Origin: Guillardia theta CCMP2712
Lineage: Eukaryota > Protista > Cryptophyta
Assembly (NCBI RefSeq): GCF_000315625.1
Contig: NW_005434613.1
Coordinates: 1 to 52,699, forward strand
Length of the DNA stretch: 52,699 bases
Direction of reading: 5' to 3'
This document shows positions 1 through 9,767 of the stretch, in pieces. Position 1 is the first letter of the stretch. The number at the start of each line of letters is the position of its first letter. The notes beneath the pieces were generated by a model that was given only the letters and a program-made list of their open reading frames with translations, did no database searches and was not told the DNA's origin. A program made the translations under genes and the position numbers.

Positions 1-1220
1 TTCTGGGAGCGTTCGGCTGCGTACAACAACCAATTATCTTTTCGCTGCCTGTGTCACAACCTAGGGAATCATCGCCGTCTTTGTCCAAACCTACATCCGC
101 AAGATGCTCCTATTCGCTTGGGCACCCGCTTGTCTCCATGCTTCTCTTCCCCACAACTGATAAAAACATTACATTCGCAGGAATGATATTCAATGGAGAC
201 TCTACCTTATGTCTTAGCTCGCTGGTTCTGATACTGAGAAGTCCTGAGGGAAGTTCATTCACATCCGGCATTCATGGCGTTGAATAGTTCATCGATCTTA
301 CACTTGCGATCTATTTGCAATCAAGTTGCCTACACGACTGACATGCCTTATGCTTATGTGCTTGGTTGACACAGAGAGGAGGAAGTATGGGTCTTGTAGA
401 ATGCCAACCAAAACAACAATAAATTGCCTAATCAGAGAGATCCTTTACGAGAAACAATCTTGACACCAAACAACTCTACAGTCAGAGATGTGCTCGAAGC
501 TCAATCATACGAAAGAGGGTTGTGGATGCTTGATCACCAAAAACGAGCAATTCTCCATCTTGCAATGAGCATCAAAAGGATTCGAAAACAGCCCTAGGCT
601 CTGGAATCCATGGCGATGCTGATTCCTACAGCTTCCTTTGAAAAACAAGCTCGAGCTGTTTGAAATGTCGTCTTGCAGTATGCCGCAAAAAGTACAAACA
701 TTTACACATGATCCAACCTTGGATGGCCTGGAGCTTGAATATGATGAAAGAGCCATTGGCTGAGAGCCATCTGGGATTCAAACAAACGCCGCCTGCGCCG
801 GCGGGTGCGGATGCAGCAATGGGGGAAGGGTAGGGCAGGCGATTTGGTTGTATATGCACCCCCCAGGCGTGTAAAAGCGTGTAAGGTCAAAAATAGTTTT
901 AATGTTTGAAACCTTGTTGTTTGGAGGAAGCAAGAATACTTGTAAACCTAAAACTGCTCGACACGGTCCCCGATTCAAACATACTTTCAACCATTATCGA
1001 AGTTTCTGGTACAAATTTTCAGTGCGCCGACCATTCAAAAATCCTGGGCTGAGGTACCCCGCTCGAAAATGATCAAAAGCGAGCATTAGAAAATACCATG
1101 GAATGTCACAATCAGCAGATATTGGCCACATGCTTCGGAGCATTCTCAATGGTTTCCCAAGCTTCCGTCGTTCCTGGCGGCTCTTACTCCACCAGCGCAG
1201 GGGTACCGCAGAACTGCATG

Positions 1221-1334
1221 CCAGGAAATAAGGAACCTGCCAGGAAAATAAGGAACCTGCCAGGAAATAAGGAACCTGCCAGGAAATAAGGAACCTACCA
1301 GGAAATAAGGAACCTGCCAGGAAATAAGGAACCT
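1221..1334. repeat. 19-bp minisatellite (CCAGGAAATAAGGAACCTG) x6
   Basis: Six head-to-tail near-identical units, fused directly to the telomeric array at 1335. Confidence 0.95.
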
Positions 1335-1503
1335 CTAAACCCTAAACCCTAAACCCTAAACCCTAAACCCTAAACCCTAAACCCTAAACCCGAAACCCTA
1401 AACCCTAAACCCTAAACCCATACCTTCTCGGCCTTTTGGCTAAGTTCAAGTGTAGTATCTGTTCTAAACCCTAAACCCTAAACCCTAAACCTTAAACCCT
1501 AAA
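1335..1503. repeat. Interstitial telomeric-type array (CCCTAAA/TTTAGGG)n, interrupted by a U2 fragment
   Basis: About 12 units at 1335-1419 and about 5-6 units at 1464-1503, with few variant units. Confidence 0.95.
1420..1465 (+). pseudogene. U2: U2 snRNA 5' fragment (nt 1-46), 3'-truncated copy
   Basis: ATACCTTCTCGGCCTTTTGGCTAAGTTCAAGTGTAGTATCTGTTCT matches the conserved U2 5' end (one change from TAAGATCAAG), including the branch-point recognition sequence GTAGTA at 1452-1457. No Sm site or 3' stem-loops follow. Confidence 0.92.
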
Positions 1504-1588
1504 AAACCCCGCGCCTTTCTTGTTCTTGGTTTCATTCTTCGTTTAGTCTCTAAACCCCGCGCCTTTCTTGTTCTTGGTTTCATTCTTC
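1504..1588. repeat. 37-bp direct duplication (AAACCCCGCGCCTTTCTTGTTCTTGGTTTCATTCTTC x2)
   Basis: Two identical copies (~1504-1540 and ~1552-1588) separated by 11 bp, at the junction of the telomeric array. Confidence 0.85.
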
Positions 1589-1667
1589 CTCAGCACAGGC
1601 GGCAATTTGCGACCCGTTGCCTCCAGAATAGATCCTGAGTTATGCACCGTGATCAGGACACTTGAAA

Positions 1668-2630
1668 TGAATCCTACAAGATATCTTGTTCTAGGCCTGG
1701 CCGTTTCTTGGTTCAAGTTTGCAGCTCTGGTTGCCCCTTGTAATGGCTTCGGGGTCCCGCCGGCATTGAAATTGTCTCATGTCTTCTCAGCCGCTCGCGG
1801 GCGGGTACGGATCTCAGCCACAAGCTCTGGGAATTCATATGTCGATCAGGTGTGCGAGATGCTGGGGGTTGATGTTGCGAATACGACCTTGAATGTGTAT
1901 GCTGTTGCAATGGAGCTGCAGAAGAAGGACATGGAGAAGGAGAGGGATATGGAGCTGCAGAAGAAGGACATCCAGTGGAGAAGGAGAGGGATATGGAGCT
2001 GCAGAAGCAGGACATGGAGAAGGAGAGGGACATGGAGCTGCAGAAGCAGGACATGGAGAGCCTTGTTCATTACTACAAGCGTGAACTGTCCCCCTTCACT
2101 CGAAGGTGTGCATCAGGCTTGACTGAAATATGCGGAATGATATTGATGACACAGGTATGTCGTTCAAGAAAGTGGTGCAGATAGTTCAATATTCCGAGGA
2201 TGACGCGCTTCAATCTATGTTGTCAGATACGGATCTCAAGGCGATGCTGAAAGGAAAGATTTCTATGACTGCCGTAAATCGGCTCTTGAAGGATGAGGAG
2301 CACGCAAGGTTTCGACGGAAAGTGTGGGAAACGATCGGGGTACCACAGGACCTTTTGATACCCACGTTTGTTTCAAGCACGATGTTGTATGGGCAGATTT
2401 CTGAAATTATACAGGGGTCATCGGGAAAATATGTGTTTCTACCTTCGAATGCAGGCGAATTGGAGATCAGATTTTTCAGTGAGGTTGCAAAGCTTTTCGA
2501 GAAGAGTGTAGACTATTACGACGTCGTGTTGGCAAATGCGGGAGAGACCCTGGAACCTGATTTTTCCCGGAATAGCCAACCGAATTCGACCAGATATTCA
2601 TGGCTATCGGACGGTTGGGTCTCGTTATAA
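1668..2630 (+). pseudogene. Frameshifted gene for a putatively plastid-targeted coiled-coil protein with 39-bp (MELQKKDMEKERD) repeats
   Basis: Hydrophobic signal peptide ending CNG-F, then an S/A/R-rich transit-like peptide. About four 13-aa repeats at ~1910-2060, one broken by a 5-nt insertion (GACATCCAGTGGAG vs GACATGGAG). Continues into ORF 2130-2630 across a probable short intron. Confidence 0.55.
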
Positions 2631-2759
2631 GTCCCCAGTCATCTGGTGTTTACTGACGCCCTGACCAAAGCCGCATTGATGAGAAAGCACCAAGGTTGTC
2701 CAGATTAATTGATTCCAAGAAGAGGAGGACAGGATAGCACAGATTCCAGCGTGGATGAT

Positions 2760-3060
2760 GATGACAGTCATGAAGCAGATGCGCCGTTGGATGATCACCA
2801 ACTCATACTTGTTGACGACCACGCTAGATCTTTCATCCAACCAAGTCCACAAGGGGGGAATGTACAGCGGTTGAAAAGAGTGAGACAGTGCAGGATTTGT
2901 CGAAGTGGCAATGGAAAGGTTTTGTACACGAGCACCAAAATCATTATCGGTGAAATCGTATAAGGTGATATTGCTAAACAATAAATCCTTTCGAGTTACA
3001 TTTGTACAACATCAACAATGCTTCTGAAGGGAGTCTGCACACCAAAATCATCCGGCATGG
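2760..3060 (+). mobile_element. Possible remnant of a piggyBac-like transposase C-terminal Cys-rich domain
   Basis: HQLILV...RVRQCRICRS...LYTS / YICTT...GVC pattern, split by a ~60-bp insertion. No DDD catalytic core is seen. Confidence 0.3.
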
Positions 3061-3229
3061 TACTTCGAGACTTTGAAAAGCCTGCGTACCTACTTCGTTG
3101 GGAAGCAATTCGTGCACCGTCAGTGATCAATGCATCAGCCAAATTTCAGTACAAATCGGATCGGAGAGTTTTCTGGTTGGTTTTGATGTACGATCAAGAG
3201 ACATATTGGAAGAGTACTGGAATCCCAGC

Positions 3230-3470
3230 CTAAAGAGACATGGCAACCTTCGGGACTGCATCTGCAGGTTCAGGTATCTCCGCCACTTTTGTCTCCCTCT
3301 CTCTTCTTTCACGCTGCCGCCTTCGCAGGTCGTCAATACGCGCTTGTCGCTCCTCTTCCGTCTCCCTTTCTCTTCATTCACGCTGCCGCCTCCTTTGGTT
3401 TTCGAGACACGCAGATCTCTGATCCTCTGTTTCCCTTGCTCTCCTGTTGCACTGGCGATACATGCTGACC
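3230..3470 (-). pseudogene. STPR-like 23-aa repeat remnant (often Helitron-associated)
   Basis: Minus strand reads RETEDQRSACLENQRRRQRE*RE-RETEEERQARIDDLRRRQRERRE-RETK: 23-aa period with the ETxEx R...RL-type motif and one in-frame TGA. Preceded by a GT-AG intron at ~3471-3518. Confidence 0.5.
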
Positions 3471-3758
3471 TGCAACAACGTTACTACTGTGAGGGACAGG
3501 CGGGATTGGTGCTTACCTAAATCAATCAGCAGCCAGGCTGGCAACTGCGTGACTCGAACAGTTCACCTGCACCATTTGTCAGCATGAAGATTGCTTGCAA
3601 GCAGGAACTTACAGGCTTGCCAGCCACAGCCATGGTGAGGAGGGGAAGGAGCGAGGGGAGAGAGGGGCTGCAATTTTGTTGGAAAGCCTTAACTTTGGAA
3701 GCTTGTAGAATCTCAACCGATGCATGAAACAGAAGGCGTTTGCAGCCCCTGAAAGCGC

Positions 3759-5030
3759 TTGTCCTCAGCTGTCCTTCCCTGCCATTTTTTCGTGGACATC
3801 TTCCAGCACTCGGGCGGTCTGGAAGATGGGGCGATTCGATTTGCCAAGCTCCTTCAATGCACGCTAGGGCCTTTCACGCATCAGCACATTCCTTCGGAGG
3901 CGACGTTGCTCGACTATGACCCTGTCGTGATGATTGGGCTGGACTTCAAGAATGCTGTCAATTCCTTATCCCAGCGTGCATTGATGGACACTTTGCTGGG
4001 TACGGCGTCTTGGGCCCGGGCTACTTCGCGTCCCTGGGTGAATCCCCACGAGTCAGTGAGTCAGTCTTTTACCCTTCCCACTAGAGCCCCTCCTTCGGAA
4101 GACTCAGAACCCTCAGCGGCGCTTGCAGTACTCTCTGATGGAGGCAACGAACGTTCACCCTTCCAACTAGTGCCCCATCCACCTCGCACGAGGGGTCGAT
4201 CGCTTCCTGCATGGGCTACCCCCGGCCAGGCTAGTGCCTCCCACCTGTGATCGTTGTGCTACAGCTCTAGATCCATCGGCGGGAAGCAGTGTCTCTTATT
4301 TGGCCAATTGTCGTCATCGCGCAGCTCTATGGACCACCGCACATGAGCAGTGTACTGTGGCTCTTCGCGACATCTGTGTGGATGCTGGCATCGTCACGAA
4401 GCTTCATCAGCAAGGGGCAAGTACACACCCGGACCCTCGTCCCTCAGCATGGCCCACTAACCGACACATGGGCGACCTTTGGCTCCCTGGCCTCTCCACC
4501 CACGCCTGGAATTGGCTGGTTCTGGACTTCACGATGACTCATCCCTACAACAGCAGCGGCAGCCCCGTCGGACTTTCTGCGCTCTCCGTCCCCGCCCAAC
4601 AGAAGATTTCGGATCATCGCGCAAGTTATGGCACCCATCACCCGCCGAATGCATTTCTTCCCTTCACTGCAGGTACGGATGGTCTTCTTGATGCTGACGC
4701 TTTGCGGTTTCTCTGGTACCTGGCGGATCACCATGGAGCTACGCTGACAGCGGAGTGGGATGGCTGCGCTCAGGAGGCGGTGTATGGGGACCCTGGCTTT
4801 CTTCGTTTGCGTGCTCGCCTGTTTCGGCAGTATCGCTCTCGCATGGGTCTTGCCGTCCTCCTCGCAGGAGCCTTGCGCTACTGCTCTTTGTCCTGATCCT
4901 TGTTCCCCTGCTTGTCGTGCACTTTGAATGCCATCGCTTGCGTGGTTGGAGTAGCGGTTTTCGCTGCCTCCTCCGATTCCTAGTATTTTATTGAAGCGGG
5001 TTTGATCCGCAACTAGATAACTAAAAACCC
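3759..5030 (+). mobile_element. Internally deleted non-LTR retrotransposon, RLE type (CRE-clade-like)
   Basis: RT fragment FQHSGG..DGA...MIGLDFKNAVNSLS (the D-x-x-N-A-F-N-S motif); RFLHGLP..CDRC...C zinc knuckle; AHE; MGDLWL...LVLDFTMTHP...KI...Y...FLPF..GTDG restriction-like endonuclease, ending at 4896. The YxDD core is missing. Confidence 0.8.
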
Positions 5031-5085
5031 TAGAGTGCCTGACACGGAAGGAGAAAAAAAGGGGCAGAAAGGATGAGGCAATGCG

Positions 5086-6900
5086 CTAGTAGAACCAACA
5101 CATGGTCAAATGCAATTTACGGCACACGGTGCTTTGAGGAAGTAGAGTTGAATGGAAAAGACAAACATGGTTGAACATGGAGCCTGCCAATAACCTGAAT
5201 GCGATGTTTGTCAGATATATTGAGAGAGCATTTTTTCCCTCTACCTCTACCTCAACAGGATTTAGGCTGATTGGAAATGAAACAGAGCAGAACTTGCTGT
5301 TAGCACCTAACAGTTGGTTTCCAGGGTAACCTCGTTTTTCAAAATGAGCGAGAGTTTCTATGGAAGAGAAAGGTGAATGAGATGCTTTACCTACTATGCT
5401 TCTTTTACTTATTTTGAACTCTGCTAGCCACGTTACAGTTGATGGACACTTGCACGAAGAAGATTCAGGGATAGATGGTACTCTATGCGGTAACTCGATC
5501 GTTGTTGGCACACTACAGCTGACAGTAACATGCAGATGTGAACGAGGACATATTGCGAGGTCCAGAAAATGCAGATGTTTTCATGAAGGAAATATGGTCG
5601 GATGACAATGAAGATTTCCTGCTGCCTCTGATTCCTTGTTCCAACGATGATGGTAATATTCTTTAAACGATGAATTTTTACAGAGCGAGGAAACTTTGTT
5701 ATCCTTTCTACCTCGTAACCTTTGATTTTTCAGTGGAGATTGAAAAAGAGACAGGGATGTCAACTGATCGCAAACCAAGTGTAACGAAAGATCCCGCAAT
5801 TCATGGTTTCTCTCTTTTGGTGTATGTATCGACAAACTGAAGTTTGTGGGCAGCTGCAAACATGAGGATGCAATCATCCATACATGTGATCTCCCTTGCA
5901 TAACTTGCTCGACCTGACTCTCATCGATAAGGCTCAGCTCAAACGGTTTGGGGAAGAAAACGCGTCTCTGCGTATGATAACGAGGTACCTGATCGAGGAG
6001 CGCAAGGAGCTTGTTCGCAAGGTGATACTTCTGGGGGGATTTCATTCCTCAGATTGTGATCAATAGGCCGACGAGGCAGCCAAGAGGAATCAAAACCTGA
6101 ACAGTCTGATCAAGATCATTCGTTGGAGAATTGGAGGCTCTTTTGACATGGAACGGAGTGACTCGACAAAAACAGGCGTCTAGCAACAGCAATGCATGAC
6201 ACACAACAGACTGATGGCATTTCCCTCCGGATGCTTTTTGTACACTATTTCAATTTTTGATTTATTGAATTCTTGTTTTCGTAGAAGATACTTTGATATC
6301 TCCTTGCAATCACAGAATGTGGAGAGATCAGGAGAGAATTGATATTCTGTCAGCATGCAGCCTGCGGAAGAAATCAAAAGATGGTCTGTAAAATGAAGGC
6401 TCCTTGTCCATTTTCAGCTCTTCTCTTTAGTATCATCAGGTGACTAGGATATCATCACCACCACAGACCGGCGGAAGGAACAAATTCTTACCTCTTGTTC
6501 TTTCAATTCCTCCTCTGCATCAGCAGTAGAGCATGCCCCGTTCTTCTCCTGTTGGAAACAAGTGCTCGCTTCAAGATGAGAACACAAAGCACTTATTTAC
6601 ATTGTCCTCAACCTGTTCTTGTTTCTTCTCAGCAGCCAGGAGCTGTTCATGCATTCTGGCAATGTTTTCTACTCGGTCTTGGATCTGCATCACCGTTGTC
6701 TCAACCTTCTTCAATCTCTTCCTTGATGTTGCCAGCTTTGAAGAATAGAAGCTCAGCATCGCATTGTTCTCCTTGTCTTTCAGTTTGAGGATTTCTGGTT
6801 TTGGTCTCTATGTTACCGACAACTAGTCCAACAACAAGTTTCATTCACCAGCAGAAAATCTGTCTATTTGTTTCTCGAGAGCTTCTTGGCTGGGAAAGTA
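5086..6900 (-). CDS. Multi-exon hypothetical protein with a coiled-coil segment (boundaries approximate)
   Basis: Run of same-strand ORFs (6571-6759, 6180-6377, 5581-6045, 5086-5511) separated by short GT..CAG introns. No recognisable family. Confidence 0.35.
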
Positions 6901-7531
6901 CAAACACGTTAGAATAAGCTGATCAAAAGATATAAGCTACCTCGCTAGAATTTTCTTCATCTTCTCATCATGCTAAGCAGAAAATGTGAGCGCCACAATG
7001 TGTCTGGGTATGGCACACCAGAAGAGCAACGGGCTCCAGAAGAGCAGTCACACCCTGAGCCAGGGAAGCTTCGCCTCTGCACATTCCATCAACATGAACG
7101 AAAAACGAAAATAGTTTCTCACTTGTTTTGTTCGACGTTGGTCATTTTTCCCGAGGATTTTTCAAAGCTGTCAACAAGAGAGCAAGGCGAGGTTTGCGTT
7201 GTCTCAATGCAATATCTGCAGATATCGACACACCGTTAATCAAGGGAAGTAAAACACAGACGATGCACTGAGATTGGGGGATTGTGAGGGATATGATGTA
7301 GGTATTTATGCCGAATGACATTTCCCGCTCGAAGTTTCTTCTTTCTGCTATACCGCGACTTGTCATATGATGACATACACGCTAACATACGCTTCATCGT
7401 GTCTCTTCTCCATTGACATGCAGCCTGAACTTCTCCTATGTGCTGACGTTCCTAGTTTAGGAAAGCGATTGTAACGCCGAAATAACCGATTTAACAGTCC
7501 CATAACGGATTGGGAACGAAGGGGCACAGAT

Positions 7532-9699
7532 ATGGCAAGAGTTGGGATGTCGGCGGGGCTGGCAGGACTCGCAGGCGCCTTGACGATGTCAGGTGAGATG
7601 CGAAGGAAGGAGACAGCGAATGAAGGAAGAGATGCAAACAAGGCAAAGGGACTGATGGGAAGAACATACGAGATACAGAAAAAAATGATATCAAATCAGA
7701 CACGCGTGCTCGATTATCTGTTTGTATCTTTGTGTTGTTCTCACATGTCACAAATGGCTGTGGTTGCAGTCATTTGTGAGTAGCTCTGTATCTCATTAGG
7801 TGAAGGTGGCGCAAGTAGTGAAAAGTCACTGATTAGAGATGGCCCGCCTAGGACTCCACTTGTTCTTCTTCGCTGATGCTTCTCTTGTGATACTCCTCTG
7901 ATGCTTCTCTTCTGATACTCCTCTGATAATGTCCCTGGCAGTTGTTGTAACCCTGTTCTTGTCGATGACGGGAAAGGTTAGCATTTCTCTCTCCCCTTGT
8001 TTCACTTGTTTTACGTCTTTATGCAGGTGGAACTGTTTGGTAGGGATTTGGAGACAGCGAGAGCAATGGGCGTCGAGCCCAAGGTAGTGCTTGACTTGAA
8101 GGCGCCGAGAGTCTCATCGTGACCTGCAGTGGACATCTGGAGCTGCTGCTGACGACTTCAATGACAATATCGGAGCGAACAATCTTGCCATCACTGGGAT
8201 CGTAAAGGGCTTGGAGGCTACCAGAGAGCAGCCAAACCTTGCAGCTGCCTTGTACAAGCTTGAGACCTCGACCAAGAATTCAGGTATGCGAGTTTAGAGA
8301 CCTGTCATGTTTGCTTCTCAACATCTCGTGCAGTTCATCAGCTTGACTCAATGACGAACCCTTCCGGATGGCTTGGAGGCTCGACCCCTGTCATGCCGGA
8401 CCCCGAGGTTTCTTCTCGTTTTCCTACTGTCTCAGCCTCACTCAGCCCTCCAGGGACTCGTTAACCGCTTGCAACGTATGCGACTTTCCAGTCGATACTG
8501 CAGACAACACCCGCAATCGTGCAAGGCATGGGCTGCACAGGACAAGCAGGATGCACGCGGGTCGAGCCTGAAGGCCCGCAAGCAGGAACTGTTCCTCGAC
8601 GGCAGCGGCAACGGGGACGACGGCATGCCTTGGCTTGCACCTTACTCTGCACAGCACACGCAGCAGAGTGCAAGAGACAACAGCATGTGGAGTGATGCGC
8701 ATGAAGCGTCAATGGAGGAACCGCAGGAAGGAAAGGACGTCAATGTTGAAGACCCCCTGTGGTGCGGAGCTGCAAGCTGTGCGGAGAAGAGTTTTGCTCG
8801 TCACCAGCATGAAGTTGCCAAGGGCCTTGGGCATCTCGTGCACAATGAGGCTGCGATCAAGATCGGGGGAGAACGTTACGCCACCCTTCCTGCCAGTGCT
8901 GGTGCAGGAAAGTATGGGTATATCCCGGGCACTGTGATCCCAACAGTGTTCAAGAAGGATAAGCCAAGGATATTGCAAGCTCCCACACAGAAACTTGCTT
9001 CTGTCTCCTCAGGAAACGTTTTCTCGGGGAATGGCGACAGCCTCCTTCCTCACGGCCATCTGTGGGGGTTGAAAAACTCGCATGGGATTCCGAGGTATCA
9101 TGCATACGCTGGCTTCTATGAAGGATCGCAGCCAGACAGGGCGGTGGTCGAGGGTCCAGCGCAGGCCGCGCGAGAAGCGTACGGGCTGGAGGAGAAAGAA
9201 CTTGCTGAGGGCATGGCACGAGCAAGAATGCATAAGGAGAAGCTGATGGAGGCATCCAAGAAAGTTGCAGCCCTGGGGGGCTCAAGGGACGCGAAGAACT
9301 TGGAGGAGGGACGAGAACTTTTCTCCATGGCCAACTCAAAGAACGGGTGACGTCAATTGTAATATCCGCCTCGCTGCTGCTAACGTCTGACGGCCAGGAA
9401 AGTGTTCAGACACATCGATCGTCTATCCCGCACGGGAGCGAGTTTGAAGGCAGCCGATGGAGCAGGTAAGCTGTGAGAACGTGGTGAAGGTCGCGATCTC
9501 AAGGCTCCTCAGGGTTTCCTCGCATGCGAGGGATGGACATGTCGGTCGTGTCCAAGGAAGCGACTCCGCTAGTGCTGGCGCAGGTGAAGTCTTGATGTCG
9601 AAATGTCAGCTCAGCTGATTCTTGGAATGACAGGAGGAGAATTACGCGAAGAAGGAAGCAGCGAGAATCGCAGACATGGCAAAAGAGCTCAGGGGCTGA
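7532..9699 (+). CDS. Multi-exon hypothetical protein (N-terminal hydrophobic segment; boundaries approximate)
   Basis: ATG at 7532, several short GT-AG introns, a large exon in ORF 8373-9350, and a last exon EENYAKKEAARIADMAKELRG* ending at 9699. Confidence 0.55.
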
Positions 9700-9767
9700 A
9701 GATGTTTTAACAGAAGAAAAATTCACGAAAATAGCGGTGTAGGTGATTCTTGTAGTTTGTTTGTTCT

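Noticed and set aside
1-800. 3' end of a spliced plus-strand gene
   Set aside because: Some acceptor-like sites exist, but I could not assemble a consistent frame or recognise a family.
1420-1465. Functional U2 snRNA gene
   Set aside because: Only nt 1-46 are present; there is no Sm site, 3' stem-loops or promoter context.
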